Positions 33,727 to 46,234 of a stretch of DNA of 64,000 nt are shown piece after piece. Source of the DNA: Emiliania huxleyi CCMP1516 (lineage: Eukaryota); the NCBI RefSeq assembly GCF_000372725.1, contig NW_005201338.1, positions 42,041-106,040 of the forward strand, read 5' to 3'. Every line of letters starts with the position of its first letter. Within the stretch, counting starts at the first letter, position 1. The position numbers and the translations under genes were made by a program. A model generated the notes under the pieces. It was not told the DNA's origin. It ran no database searches and saw only the letters and a program-made list of their open reading frames with translations.

Positions 33727-34785
33727 ATGCTGCTGTTCTGTACACCGTTCGCCCCTCCTGCGGGCTGCGGGCGGCGCTCGGCGCCAGCGGTGATGGCAGC
33801 ACCGCTCGTCTCGCGCCCTTCGCACGACGTCACCGCGGGCCGGCCGCCGATCGAGTGGTACCCGGGCCACATCGCAAAGGCCGAGCGGCTGATGACGGAG
33901 GTGCTCTCGATGGTGGACGTGGTGGTCGAGCTGCGCGACGCCCGCATCCCCGACTCGACCGCCCACCCGATGCTCGCGTCATGGATCGGCTCGCGCGGGC
34001 ATATCCTCGCGCTCAACCGGATGGACGCGGCTCCGGCGCCGTCGCTGACAGAGTGGGCCGCCGCGATGGGCGCCGGCGGGCAGGCGCCCGTGCTCATCGA
34101 CGCCAAGAAGGGCGGCGGCGTGGCGGAGCTCAAGCGCGAGATCCTCCGGGCGGGCGCGCATGTCAACGCACGGCTCAAGCGGCGCGGCATCAACCCTCGT
34201 CCGGTGCGGGCGGCGGTGCTCGGCTACCCGAACGTGGGCAAGTCGGCGCTCATCAACCGGCTGGTCGGGCGGCGAAAGGCCAAGAGCGAGAACCGGCCGG
34301 GCGTGACGCGCGGCTTCAGCTGGGTGCGGATCGACTCGCAGGTGCAGCTGCTCGACTCGCCCGGCATCATCCCGGCGAAGCAGGTGTCGCAGCGCGTCGC
34401 GTACCGCCTCGCCATGTGCGACGACATCGGCGCCGCGGCCTACGACCCGCAGGCGGTCGCGAGTGCGCTCCTCGAGGTACTGCTGTGGCTGCAGCGCCTG
34501 TCCCTCGCGGGACGCGTCCTTGACACGTCCCTCGCCGCACAGGCGCTCGTCCTCGCCGAGGCGGAGAGGCCTGCGTACGTGCGGCTCGACAAGCTGCGCG
34601 AGCGATGGGGCGTGCCGACAGACGAGTGCTCGTGCGGCGAGGAGTACGTGGCTCAGCTGGCGGAGGAGCGATTCACGGGCGACGTGCAGCGCGCGGCGAC
34701 GACGCTGCTCAAGGACTTCCGCTCGGGCAGCCTCGGCCGGCTCTGCCTCGAGTGGCCCGCAGAGGGGCAGGGCGAGGAGCGGTGA
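33727..34785 (+). CDS. rbgA: Circularly permuted ribosome-biogenesis GTPase RbgA/YlqF family, organellar, copy 1
   Basis: [38 protein letters not shown] and LLDSPGII. N-terminal extension. Probable in-frame 66-nt intron 34477..34542. Confidence 0.92.
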   Translation: MLLFCTPFAPPAGCGRRSAPAVMAAPLVSRPSHDVTAGRPPIEWYPGHIAKAERLMTEVLSMVDVVVELRDARIPDSTAHPMLASWIGSRGHILALNRMDAAPAPSLTEWAAAMGAGGQAPVLIDAKKGGGVAELKREILRAGAHVNARLKRRGINPRPVRAAVLGYPNVGKSALINRLVGRRKAKSENRPGVTRGFSWVRIDSQVQLLDSPGIIPAKQVSQRVAYRLAMCDDIGAAAYDPQAVASALLEVLLWLQRLSLAGRVLDTSLAAQALVLAEAERPAYVRLDKLRERWGVPTDECSCGEEYVAQLAEERFTGDVQRAATTLLKDFRSGSLGRLCLEWPAEGQGEER

Positions 34786-35603
34786 CACACGGTGCCGCCT
34801 CGTTTTTCGTCGGATCATACATGCATACAGTGTAACATCTCGCTCACACAAAAACCGCCACCTTGTGACGGTGCCCTGGCAAAATCGTCCCGATTTCGAT
34901 GCGCGATTTAGCTAAGTCCCAGAGCCGTTTACCCATGAGCGGGCCCCCTCACCAGCCTAGGGCTCGCGCTTCTGGCCCGAGGTGTCGCCGCTGCCTCCCG
35001 CGCCCTCCGGCGCCTGCTGCTACTGCCGGTCGGCCGGTCGGGTCCGCGCGACGGCTCCATCCTCGAGACGCGGTCGCTGAGCGCTTTCTCGACCGCTACG
35101 TCTTCCGGTGCACCCACCCACCGCGACCCTCGAACCTGCGCTGCGCGGCGCAGTTGCTGCCGAGCGAGCCGCGCAGGGGCGGCATCACCAGACGCTACCG
35201 CATGGCCGAGCAGCGAGCAATAACTAACCATTCGTGTTGAATTGCCTTATCCGTTATCGCTTATCGACAAACGGGGATTTTAAGTGTTGGAGAGTGTGAA
35301 CTCAAACCTACTTCCTGACCGTAGCCTGACCGTCCTTACGGTGGCCGGAGCACCACCCACTAGCTGCATGATCACCGGCCGATCACCTGGTCACCGATCA
35401 CCGGCCTTTGGAGAGTTCTATAGGACTTATCTATTCAGACGGTGATCGGTGATCAAGTTTCGGCGGCACGTAACGTCCAAAACAAGGCCACGACTGTCGT
35501 CCCCCACCTTCTTAGAGGTATGGGAGCCGCTGGCACCGCGCTGGGCGCCGCGGATGCACGTACGAACGAACATTATGAAATCGGGACGATTTTGACCCAA
35601 AAA

Positions 35604-36191
35604 TCACAAGGTGAAGATCCGATCCGAGCAGCAGCACAGGATCCGAGCCGCGTGTAAATCGATGTCGAACGGCTCGGCCGCCTTCCACAGCGTCTCGAAG
35701 CGGCAGAGCGCGTTGGCGAGCTGCCGGCACGCCGCGGCGGGCGAGGAGGGGTCGAGTGCCCAGCCGAGCAGCAGGTCCACGATCGGGACGAAGCGTGGAC
35801 GGAGCGAGGCGACCATCTGCTCGGGCGACAGGCCGGCGAGCAGCTCGATCATTTGCGGGTAGAGCGCCGAGCCGGTGGCGCCGCCCAGAGCCACCACCCA
35901 GTCGAGGAGCGGGCCGAGGTTTGGCGAGAGCACGGCGCCGAGCGAGCCAAAGAGCGGCGGAACCTGCGCCCGCACCGCGTCGGTGCCGTGGAGCAGCCGG
36001 CCGAGGACGTCGAGCACGGAGCCGGGAGACGCGCGCGCCTGCGCTGCGCCCTCGGTGGTGCCGAGCGCGCTCCGCAGCTTGGAGGCAGCAGCAAGCTTCT
36101 TCGCCGCCGGCGCGCTGCCGGGACGCGCGAGCTCGACGAGCGCCGCGCCGAGCTTGCTCATTGGCGGCGCGACCGCCACCGTCGGCTGCAT
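35604..36191 (-). pseudogene. Truncated duplicate of the SMG1 5' end (~175 native codons plus ~20 novel)
   Basis: Identical to the SMG1 N-terminus up to ..WKAAEPF, then reads into junction sequence and stops. Confidence 0.8.
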
Positions 36192-36966
36192 TTGTATCCT
36201 TTCGCCTAAAGACTAGCGCATGCTGGAAGACAGCGCCGAGGGGGCAGCAGTAACGCGGAGAGTGCGGTGTTATTTCTTGTGGTCCTTTGCCCGTGCCGGG
36301 GAAAGAATTCTTAAGATACAAGCCTCTCTCACAGCACACTGGCACGACAAGGGCGCAGACTGGCGCGGACTGGCACACACACAGGCTCACCACCGGAGCC
36401 AGAAACAAAGAAGTTCCCGCCGGAGAACGTGCCAGGGGCCACAAGGGGGGAAAGGGAGGTCGGCACGCCGCCACCCTCACCAGGGATAAAGAAAGAAAGA
36501 AATAAAACACGCGCCAAGTGCTCCAAGACAAACCAAACGAGGGATGGGAGGAGGACAAGGTCCCCACCTGAGAGAGAGATTTTAGAAAACCAACAAGAAA
36601 TCACGACGCCCACCTCCACGAGCAGGATCTTCTAAGGACGATCAGGGACACAGGGGAGGAACGGGAGAGAGAGTGGGGAGCGCATCGCGAGTTCGCGACA
36701 CGGAGGGGGACTGGGCAGGGTTCACCCACACGACAGGGTCCCAGGGAAAGAAAGAAAGAAAGAAAACAGCCACCAAACGAGAGGGATGGGGAGGAGGACA
36801 GGGTCCACACCTGCACGAGCAGGATTTTGGAAGGACGATCAGGCGGGGCACAGGTGGGCTCTCCTGCTCCTGACAAAGTTGTCTCCCTCCACTGCCCTGA
36901 TCGGAGTTTCTTTTTGTGTGCAAACGGGCCAGTGCGCCACGAATACGGCGCCTCCGCCCCGATCCC

Positions 36967-38025
36967 ATGCTGCTGTTCTGTACACCGTTCGCCCCTCCTG
37001 CGGGCTGCGGGCGGCGCTCGGCGCCAGCGGTGATGGCAGCACCGCTCGTCTCGCGCCCTTCGCACGACGTCACCGCGGGCCGGCCGCCGATCGAGTGGTA
37101 CCCGGGCCACATCGCAAAGGCCGAGCGGCTGATGACGGAGGTGCTCTCGATGGTGGACGTGGTGGTCGAGCTGCGCGACGCCCGCATCCCCGACTCGACC
37201 GCCCACCCGATGCTCGCGTCATGGATCGGCTCGCGCGGGCATATCCTCGCGCTCAACCGGATGGACGCGGCTCCGGCGCCGTCGCTGACAGAGTGGGCCG
37301 CCGCGATGGGCGCCGGCGGGCAGGCGCCCGTGCTCATCGACGCCAAGAAGGGCGGCGGCGTGGCGGAGCTCAAGCGCGAGATCCTCCGGGCGGGCGCGCA
37401 TGTCAACGCACGGCTCAAGCGGCGCGGCATCAACCCTCGTCCGGTGCGGGCGGCGGTGCTCGGCTACCCGAACGTGGGCAAGTCGGCGCTCATCAACCGG
37501 CTGGTCGGGCGGCGAAAGGCCAAGAGCGAGAACCGGCCGGGCGTGACGCGCGGCTTCAGCTGGGTGCGGATCGACTCGCAGGTGCAGCTGCTCGACTCGC
37601 CCGGCATCATCCCGGCGAAGCAGGTGTCGCAGCGCGTCGCGTACCGCCTCGCCATGTGCGACGACATCGGCGCCGCGGCCTACGACCCGCAGGCGGTCGC
37701 GAGTGCGCTCCTCGAGGTACTGCTGTGGCTGCAGCGCCTGTCCCTCGCGGGACGCGTCCTTGACACGTCCCTCGCCGCACAGGCGCTCGTCCTCGCCGAG
37801 GCAGAGAGGCCTGCGTACGTGCGGCTCGACAAGCTGCGCGAGCGATGGGGCGTGCCGACAGACGAGTGCTCGTGCGGCGAGGAGTACGTGGCTCAGCTGG
37901 CGGAGGAGCGATTCACGGGCGACGTGCAGCGCGCGGCGACGACGCTGCTCAAGGACTTCCGCTCGGGCAGCCTCGGCCGGCTCTGCCTCGAGTGGCCCGC
38001 AGAGGGGCAGGGCGAGGAGCGGTGA
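36967..38025 (+). CDS. rbgA: RbgA/YlqF GTPase, copy 2
   Basis: Translation identical to copy 1. Confidence 0.88.
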   Translation: MLLFCTPFAPPAGCGRRSAPAVMAAPLVSRPSHDVTAGRPPIEWYPGHIAKAERLMTEVLSMVDVVVELRDARIPDSTAHPMLASWIGSRGHILALNRMDAAPAPSLTEWAAAMGAGGQAPVLIDAKKGGGVAELKREILRAGAHVNARLKRRGINPRPVRAAVLGYPNVGKSALINRLVGRRKAKSENRPGVTRGFSWVRIDSQVQLLDSPGIIPAKQVSQRVAYRLAMCDDIGAAAYDPQAVASALLEVLLWLQRLSLAGRVLDTSLAAQALVLAEAERPAYVRLDKLRERWGVPTDECSCGEEYVAQLAEERFTGDVQRAATTLLKDFRSGSLGRLCLEWPAEGQGEER

Positions 38026-39132
38026 CACACGGTGCCGCCTCGTTTTTCGTCGGATCATACATGCATACAGTGTAACATCTCGCTCACACAAAAACCGCCA
38101 CCTTGTGACGGTGCCCTGGCAAAATCGTCCCGATTTCGATGCGCGATTTAGCTAAGTCCCAGAGCCGTTTACCCATGAGCGGGCCCCCTCACCAGCCTAG
38201 GGCTCGCGCTTCTGGCCCGAGGTGTCGCCGCTGCCTCCCGCGCCCTCCGGCGCCTGCTGCTACTGCCGGTCGGCCGGTCGGGTCCGCGCGACGGCTCCAT
38301 CCTCGAGACGCGGTCGCTGAGCGCTTTCTCGACCGCTACGTCTTCCGGTGCACCCACCCACCGCGACCCTCGAACCTGCGCTGCGCGGCGCAGTTGCTGC
38401 CGAGCGAGCCGCGCAGGGGCGGCATCACCAGACGCTACCGCATGGCCGAGCAGCGAGCAATAACTAACCATTCGTGTTGAATTGCCTTATCCGTTATCGC
38501 TTATCGACAAACGGGGATTTTAAGTGTTGGAGAGTGTGAACTCAAACCTACTTCCTGACCGTAGCCTGACCGTCCTTACGGTGGCCGGAGCACCACCCAC
38601 TAGCTGCATGATCACCGGCCGATCACCTGGTCACCGATCACCGGCCTTTGGAGAGTTCTATAGGACTTATCTATTCAGACGGTGATCGGTGATCAAGTTT
38701 CGGCGGCACGTAACGTCCAAAACAAGGCCACGACTGTCGTCCCCCACCTTCTTAGAGGTATGGGAGCCGCTGGCACCGCGCTGGGCGCCGCGGATGCACG
38801 TACGAACGAACATTATGAAATCGGGACGATTTTGACCCAAAAATCACAAGGTGAAGATCCGATCCGAGCAGCAGCACAGGATCCGAGCCGCGTGTAAATC
38901 GATGTAATATTATACGCTATACCTGACAGATATCACCTATCGGAGATAAGTGACGCCCGCCCACCACGCGTGATATAACGCCTGATATAAACACGCTTGA
39001 TATATACATGTTTGCAATGGGTTACTGGCGTTGTCCGAGGGGCATACCCGTAGCCCATAAAATCGAGCGACCGACTGAGAACCGCAGCTAATAGAAGAGA
39101 TATCATACCGCCCGCCCGACGGCTCACGTCCC

Positions 39133-39849
39133 TCACCGCGTCACCCCAGCCACCGCTTCGAGCCGATGTCCGGGATGCGCGCTACGCGGGGAGGACCAGA
39201 CCGGCTCGACTCGCTGCACGCCGGCCGCGGCGCGCTGCATGCAGCGGCACTGCTCGCGGAAGAAGCGGCGCTGCGTCGAACTCAGCGCGGGGAACAGGAG
39301 CTTACCCAGCGGACCAGCGCCACGGGAGTGCGATACCACCTCAAACGCGACCTCGTCCGTCTCGCGAGACCAGACGACGTCCATCTTCTCCTCGCCTTCA
39401 AGAAGGTGCCCGCTCAGCGTCGAGTAGCCAACGGAGCACCGCCGGCGGCCGACTCGCCGCCGAACCGCCCGGCAGGGGTTGCTCACCCACAGCAGCGGGA
39501 GGCGCGGGCTGGGCAGCGCAGCCAGGGTGACAAGACTGCGTCCCGGCGGGTCCTCGACCAGCACCGCGGACCAGGTGCTGCCCTCGTGCATCTCCCAGCT
39601 GAGCAGCCTGCGCCGCGCACGGCGCCAGCAGGCGCGGCCGTGGCCGAGTGGCACGCGCATGGCGATGACGCGAAGCGAGCGAGCTGGGGTGCCGCTAGCA
39701 GGTGCCCGCGCCAGGTGGATGTCGTGATTGATGGCGCGGTCGGCGATCGACGCCGCAAACGCAGTAAGCGACTCGTCGCTCGGCCGAACACGGTGGAGAC
39801 GCGTGGCGTCGGTGGAGGCCGCGAGTAGGACGGTGATCAGGCGCGTCAT
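39133..39849 (-). CDS. DUF1990 (UPF0548) family protein with N-terminal hydrophobic leader
   Basis: LGHGRACW..A...L.SWEMH, NPCRAV, GYSTLSGHLLEGEE..V and FEVVSHSR motifs. Confidence 0.8.
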   Translation of the reverse strand: MTRLITVLLAASTDATRLHRVRPSDESLTAFAASIADRAINHDIHLARAPASGTPARSLRVIAMRVPLGHGRACWRRARRRLLSWEMHEGSTWSAVLVEDPPGRSLVTLAALPSPRLPLLWVSNPCRAVRRRVGRRRCSVGYSTLSGHLLEGEEKMDVVWSRETDEVAFEVVSHSRGAGPLGKLLFPALSSTQRRFFREQCRCMQRAAAGVQRVEPVWSSPRSAHPGHRLEAVAGVTR

Positions 39850-40101
39850 GGGGAAGAGCGGCACCGGGTTTTCTGAGAGAGAGGCTAGTATTTTAAGAAT
39901 TCTGAGAGATCTTCGTTGTTAATAGTACTCTTCTTCTGGGCACGACTCTTTGAACGTGTGGGCGGCAGCTGTCTGTTTACAGGCGCTGGCCGCCCGCGCG
40001 CGCGCCGGACCGGCTCCGGCACGTCCGGCGCTGGGCGGCGCGCGTCCACACTGCGCGTCGCGCAAAAGGCGAGCGCTCGCCGCCGCTACGGCGGCGGCGG
40101 C

Positions 40102-40189
40102 GGCCGACGGCCGACGGCCGACGGCCGACGGCCGACGGCCGACGGCCGACGGCCGACGGCCGACGGCAGACGGCAGACGGCAGACGGCA
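40102..40189. repeat. 7-bp microsatellite (GGCCGAC)n grading into (GGCAGAC)n
   Basis: Read directly from the sequence. Confidence 0.9.
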
Positions 40190-40427
40190 TACGGCCTAGG
40201 GCTCGGCTGGGCGCGCACGCGCACGCGCGCGCGTCGCGCGCCACGCGTCGCTCCGCGAGGGCGCGCGCCAACCGCGATTCGAACCGGGGCCAAAAGGCGC
40301 CTGGAGCGACCGCGGTCCGGTCGCGCCACCGCGGCTGCGGGGCTGATAGAGCAGGCCGGCTGCGGCTCCTGATGTACCTCCGCTTTTGGGTGGCGGTCGC
40401 GCGCTGCCGACGGCGCTCGCCGGCGCT

Positions 40428-40528
40428 CGTGCCAGTGCGCGCCAGTGCGCGCCAGTCCCGTGCCAGTAAAAAGAAAGAAAACAGACAACCCAAGGGAGGG
40501 TGGGAGGACGGCACACCGCCACCACACA
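40428..40528 (+). repeat. Repeat family A copy
   Basis: GTGCCAGTGCGCGCCAGTCCCGTGCC..AAGAAAGAAAACAGACAACCCAAGGGAGGGTGGGAGGACGGCAC..CCACCACACA. Confidence 0.85.
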
Positions 40529-40901
40529 TCTCCCTTCGCAGTCCCTCGCCGCTTCTTGCTGCAACCTTCATGCCACCTCGCGGTCGTCCCACTCTCGTCG
40601 TTCTCCCTCCTGTCGCTTCCTCCTCTGTCGCGTCGCTCTCGTCTGCCTCGTCCTGCGACGCCGCCGCCGCCTGCCGATCCCTTGCTCTCGCGGCTTCTCC
40701 CGCCTTTCGACGCAACTCTGCCCTCCTCGCGGCATATTTTGGCCCCTCGAGTTTATCGAGCTCTCCTCGCGCAAGGACGACTCTTCTGACGCCCACTGCG
40801 ATCATTTGCCGCCAAGTCATATCGTTGCTCAGGTCCACTCTCTCTTCGCCGTGACGCGCCCCGCCTCCCGACTCGCGCCCCGCCCCGGTGCGCACGTCTC
40901 T

Positions 40902-41167
40902 TCAACAGGCACACAGGCCGTACGCTGGCGCGGGCGCGCGGTCCTTGGCCCTGCGTCGCGCCTCCGCCTCGATCTCCTTGAGGCACGCCTTGCACTGGCT
41001 CTTGCGCCCGTCGTGCCGCAGCCCGTCCTTCCTGAACTCAGTGAGCTCCTTGAGAGCGCGCCGCACTCCATGCACAGCTTCATGCCTGAGGGCGTCATGT
41101 CCCGTGTTGGGCTCAACACAACAGCCCACGATGCCGCGTCGAGATCGCGGACGTCGGACGCCTGCAT
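40902..41167 (-). pseudogene. Frameshifted small C4 zinc-ribbon protein (phage/giant-virus endonuclease-associated type)
   Basis: MKLCMECGAL and KELTEFRKDGLRHDGRKSQCKAC lie in two frames separated by an extra TC (GCGCTCTCAAG, ~41053). Confidence 0.5.
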
Positions 41168-41856
41168 TTAGAGATTTCTGTTTTCTGTTTAGATAATTGT
41201 AATGGCATTCAGTGACAATGCTTACGACTTACTGCTACGGTACATCTACAAGATAAGGGCTCGGCTGCGGGCGAGACGAGAGGCGGCCGTAAGAGCGCTG
41301 CGGCAGACACCGGCTCAGTGGATGCAAGACCTCCGGCATTCCAAAGTCGAATGGGATTTACACCAAACACACTCAGGCGCGACGAACCCCACCTACATGA
41401 CTGGCCGAAGTGGCGCATGGCCATGGACAACCCGAGTGCCTAACCCAAGTATCGACAGCTGGTGGAGCGATGGCATTGAGTAACATACTTAGCGTGACAC
41501 GCTCCCAAACTTAGCGTGACACGCCCGAGATTGCAATCACCCCCAGGGTTCGGCTCCAGTGTGGGTAGGGTATCCCCTACCCCCAGGGAGGGCGAACCCA
41601 AACTGGACGCGCGTCTCGGGACTATATGCACATGGCCAAGTTTTTGCGAACTTGCCCGAGGCGATGCTCAAGCAGATCCTGGGCTTGTTCGAGTGGAGCC
41701 CGCGCCCCCCCGCCGCCGCCGCCGGGTGTGCGGTGAACCATTAGCATTCTACGAGAGGTGAGACACCACCAGCGGCTCTGGCTTGTGCGGGCGCATGATG
41801 CTTGTGCGAGACCGGCCACCTGGGCGGCTGGGCGGGCCCCCAGCGGCGCGCCGGCT

Positions 41857-43065
41857 AGGGCTGCCTAACGTTAGGAGCTGTGAACAGTGTTGCTAGTGTT
41901 AACAGTAACAACAGAACAACAGACAGACAACAGGTGGGGCTCCCTTCCAACATGCAACATGCAACAACACAGTAGCTAACGTCAGGCCGACTGGAACAAC
42001 AGTAAGGATGGCCTGGCAGTGACCCACGACCTAGTGTCCAGTGCGGTAAACTAATACCCGAAAATACCCGGGAAAACCCCAGGGGGGGGGGGGTCGGGTT
42101 TTTGCTTTTACCCGGCACGCCGGCTCCACCGCCCGCCGGGGTTTTACTTTTTTGGATTTTGCCACATTTTTTCTGCTTTTTGCTGCACGAATGGTTGTGA
42201 ACCACAGAGATGATGGAGGCGCTCGCCGCGTGCGGCGATTGAGCGCCTCCCTCTCTCTCCGGCTGCGCGCCTGACCGGTGCGGCCTCCGAGTCGGCGTCT
42301 AGCGCGCGTGATAAGGTTTTTGCTCGCCTTCCCTGGGACCCCGTGCTGCGTGACTGTCTCTGTGCGATTTCGGGCCCGGGGTTGTGCGTTTATGTGAACA
42401 ACACCTCGTGACCACAACTCCGCAGGCGCCTGTTGATGGGTCCAGTGATAGCCCTGGATGGGCAATGCATATGCCTAGTTGGACCTCAGATCGCCCGACC
42501 GCGTCCCGGTGCTCTGCGTTCGGATTTGTGACGCCGCCACACCGTGCGGGGGGGGCCCTCCGGAGGCCGAGGATGGCCGTGGCGGACCGGGACGAGCTCT
42601 GGGAGGTAAAGTGTCAGTGTATATATTGTAGAGACCAACCATGTGCACAATATCTTTCAGTCCAGCTAAGCCAGGGGAGGCGATTCCGGGGCCGTGCAGC
42701 AGCTTGATGGTGCTTCGCCGGCGTGCGTCCCGGAGCGGTGCCGGACGGGCGGTCCGTGGGACAAAATCGGGGGACAACGCCGACAACGCTCTGATTCGAC
42801 TTTTAACTTCAAACAAAGCCTACCGCACGCGCCGCGACGCGGCGCGTGCGGTAGGCACTCGGGATTTTGTCAGATCGGCGTGTTCACGCGGGGATCGTGT
42901 CCCCCACAACCTGCCCAACCATTCGCGGCGACGAGTAACAACAATAACAAACAGTAACAGCATGGGCTGGGGTGAACACTTGAACAACGTTACGTCGTTG
43001 AGGATTTCAGCCAACAATAGTGCTGTTAGACCCAAAGTTAACGTGTTAGCCAGTTAGGCAGCCCT
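41857..43065. mobile_element. Putative non-autonomous DNA element with 13-bp TIRs (hAT-like ends)
   Basis: AGGGCTGCCTAAC / GTTAGGCAGCCCT, with subterminal TAAC/AACA-rich motifs at both ends. No clear TSD. Contains a family D copy. Confidence 0.5.
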
Positions 43066-43442
43066 CTCGTACGACACCTACCTACGTGCTACGAGAGCGC
43101 CCCCCGCGCGGCGCGTCCCGGCGAGTGTGAGCTGTGAAAGAGCGATCGCGCGCCAGTACACACCGGGTGTTTGTGAATGTTGCATGTACGAACGAATTTA
43201 CGCGCCACATCGCGGCCATGACAACAACACAATACACATGACACATATATCATCTTCGTAAGGCACGAGCGACCTAGGCGCACGAGCCTCGTACGCCGCG
43301 GCGTGTCAGTACTGGACACACCCCGACCCGGGAAATCGTGGGGATCACAGAGTCAGAGAACACAGCTGCGGGAAGGGAGCAGAGACGTCGGGGAGAGTCG
43401 AAAGCTGGAGCTCGTGGCGTCGCGAGAGAGACCACCGACTCC

Positions 43443-44219
43443 TCACGCCGTCGTTGCGTTCAGAATAGAGTCAGCGCAGACGGCGCCTCTCCTCTTTGCG
43501 CACACCTCGGTGTAGACGACGCTGAAGAAGGCGGACGAGGCTGCGATGACGAAGACGTGCCAGATGGCGACGTGGCCCTCGAGCCGCCTGATGCCCCACG
43601 GCACCAGGCCGACGGTGTAGAGGACGCCCCCAGTCACAAACATCTGGCACGCCCACCGGCTGAAGTTGGCCGCCACGCTCTCCCATGCGATGAGCACGCT
43701 CCACCCCATGAGGAGGAAGCAGACCACGTGCAGCGGCAGCCGGTCGAGCCATCCGCGCGACGCCTTGGCCGCGATGTCGAAGACCCCGACCGCCCACACA
43801 AACGAGAGGAGCCGCCACGCGCAGGTGCAGGCCATCAGCGGCGTATACGTGCCCACGATCAGCAGGACGATCCCCGCGTGGTCCGCCTGGCTGAGCTCGA
43901 CCGCCCGGTGCTTCCACACGACCTGGCCGCTGTTGTACACCGCCGAGCACGAAATCATCGCGAGCAGCGTGAAGCCGTACAGCGCGACCGACCCCACGAT
44001 CTCTGGCGGCGGCCGGAGGTCCCACAGCCGTAGCGCGAGCAGCAAGTTGCCGGCGGCGGCGAGGAGGATGCCCACCGCGTGCACCAGGAAGTCAGAGGCG
44101 AGCTCGCGCCGGCTGTAGAACCGCTGTAGCGGATACCACTCGATGGTGTCCTTCCAAGGCCCAGGAGCGGAGCCTCGGACCAGCATCATTGTCGACGCGC
44201 GGGCAGTCTTTCCGACCAC
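43443..44219 (-). CDS. Haemolysin III / PAQR family 7-TM protein (5' end uncertain)
   Basis: E..SDFLVHAVG, CSAVYN, DHAGIVLLIVGTYTP, GGVLYTVG and HVAIWHVFV motifs. Confidence 0.9.
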   Translation of the reverse strand: MVGKTARASTMMLVRGSAPGPWKDTIEWYPLQRFYSRRELASDFLVHAVGILLAAAGNLLLALRLWDLRPPPEIVGSVALYGFTLLAMISCSAVYNSGQVVWKHRAVELSQADHAGIVLLIVGTYTPLMACTCAWRLLSFVWAVGVFDIAAKASRGWLDRLPLHVVCFLLMGWSVLIAWESVAANFSRWACQMFVTGGVLYTVGLVPWGIRRLEGHVAIWHVFVIAASSAFFSVVYTEVCAKRRGAVCADSILNATTA

Positions 44220-44232
44220 CTGCGGCGTCCTG

Positions 44233-44320
44233 ACTCACGCCACGGCTCGTCGCTCACGCCACGGTCGTCGCTCACGCCACGGTCGTCGCTCACGCCACGG
44301 CTCGATGCTCACGCCACGGC
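44233..44320. repeat. ~18-bp tandem repeat (CTCACGCCACGGTCGTCG) x~5
   Basis: Read directly from the sequence. Confidence 0.85.
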
Positions 44321-44987
44321 TCTGCAAGACACCGCGGCCGAGCCAGCTGGACACCCTTGTTCCTCGTCGGCGACAAAGAATAGTCCGTCAAGTGAGCCCT
44401 GCGCTAATACGCTCACACACAAAAAAGGGGCTGTGTGTTGTGTCCAAGAAGCACAAGCAAGCAAAAGACAGTAGAGAAGGGAGAGATAGCAACGACAGTC
44501 AGAAGCCAGCGCTCACGCTGCTCGTGAAACGGGTGGGGACTTCGGGACTTGGCGTGTCTGGTATTCTTTCTTTCTGTCTTTAAACGGGTGGGGACCTTGT
44601 CCTTCTCCCATCCCTCGTTTGTCCTGCATGTTTTCTTTCTTGACGGGTGGTTGTTTGGGTTCTGCTGTGTTTTCTTCTTTTGTTTTTTGTTTTGTCGGAT
44701 TTGAGAGTGCGTTTTTAGCAATACCAAACAACTCTAAGAGAGAGATTTTTAGCAACTCTAAAGTTGTTTGTGATTTGAGAGTGATTTTTAAACACCAACC
44801 AGTTAGGATTATGATGATGAGATTGGTAAGGGGGGGGGGGGGGGGGGGGGCTGGGCTGTAAGTAATGACGACCCTCGCTGGGACGGGGCACTCACTGCGT
44901 GTAAGGCAAAAGGCGGCCCCTCTCCTCCTTACCAATCCAACCGCGTCGCTAGGGCCGTGAAGTCCAGCAGAAAGCACAAGCAGCAGC

Positions 44988-45637
44988 ATGGGTACTCTTG
45001 CCCGCCCGCCTCTCACAGACCACGGCGCCCCCGCTCTTCGACACGCGCCTCGCCGCCCGCTGCAGGTTGGGAGGAGGCCGCCGCGAACTTCCCGGAGATC
45101 CCGAAGGGCCGCTCCGCCCGCAAGATCTGGATGGATGCCGGGGTGCGCGCGCCGCCGAGCGAGAGTAGGCGTCACTCCGCGTTGACGCCTCACCGTTGAA
45201 TTTCCGCAGACCTACCCGCTCTTTGCCGTGATCGGCCTCGCCTCGGCCGTCTGCGGTGGATTCCTCTTCAAGTACTTTGCCGGCCACACCGACATTGCGC
45301 TGAGCCGGGCGGTGCGCACCTCGCCTCCTGCCCAGCCGCCGCCCCCCCGCCGCCGGCGGCGCGCCGTTCCCCGACCCTCGCCGCTCGCTCCCAGGTCCGC
45401 GCCGACCACAACCACCAGGGCGGAACCGACGGCCGCGTCGAGTCGCACAACTCGCGCTTTGGCATGCGCGAGATGAACAAGCGGACGATCACCATCTTCC
45501 CCTTCAACTGGAAGCCGAAGTCCGGTGCGTGCGCGCACGCTCCACACGTTCGAAGACCCTGCACGACCCACGCTCCCTGACGCCCGCCTCTCCCCCCTCC
45601 GCCCGCAGCCATCATTGAGCAGCACCGGTCCGATTAG
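44988..45637 (+). CDS. NDUFA4/B12D-like small mitochondrial membrane protein (5 exons)
   Basis: Spliced reading MGWEEAAANFPEIPKGRSARKIWMDAG/TYPLFAVIGLASAVCGGFLFKYFAGHTDIALSRA/VRADH..WKPKS/AIIEQHRSD*, with four GT-AG introns. W.D..YPL plus one TM helix. Confidence 0.75.
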
Positions 45638-46117
45638 ACGCCTCGGGGCCAAGGCCCCTTGCCTTGGGGGCGACTCCTGTGCCTGTGTCTCTTGCCTGTG
45701 GCGTGTGCGGCGATTGTGCGCGTAGATGTGCATCGGATGCACGCTCGCGACACTCTTGCCTCGATGTTGCTGTTGTTACGCAGTCGCGCTTGGCGTGGCG
45801 GGCGGCTCCCTTGCGAGAGCGCAAGGCGCCACGCCCGCACCCCGCCTTGACGCGCGCGCAGCGCGGCGTGTACGTGCGTGCCAGCGCCTGCATTTTACTA
45901 ATTTATTCAACGTTACGCGTTGAAAGCTGAAAGCCGACACTTGCCTCCTGCGACCTGCGCCGACCGAGACGCACAAGAGCACCCTCGCGGTCGCGCCCCC
46001 GCGCGCATTCGGATTCGCGCCGGATTCGGTACGACACACGGAAGACGGATACACGCCCCATACAATAATGCCGATGCGCGATATACCCGCCACAGCCGGA
46101 GTGATCTCAGACAGATC

Positions 46118-46201
46118 TCAGACCTCCACCTCCACCTCATCGCCGCCGCCGCGTGGCAGCAGCGCCTCTGCAGCCTCCTTGCTGCCCCCCGCTCCTGCCT
46201 T

Positions 46202-46234
<33 letters not shown>

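Noticed and set aside
35368..35456. GATCACC/GGTGATC inverted motif cluster
   Set aside because: No definable element ends or TSD. Too short to call.
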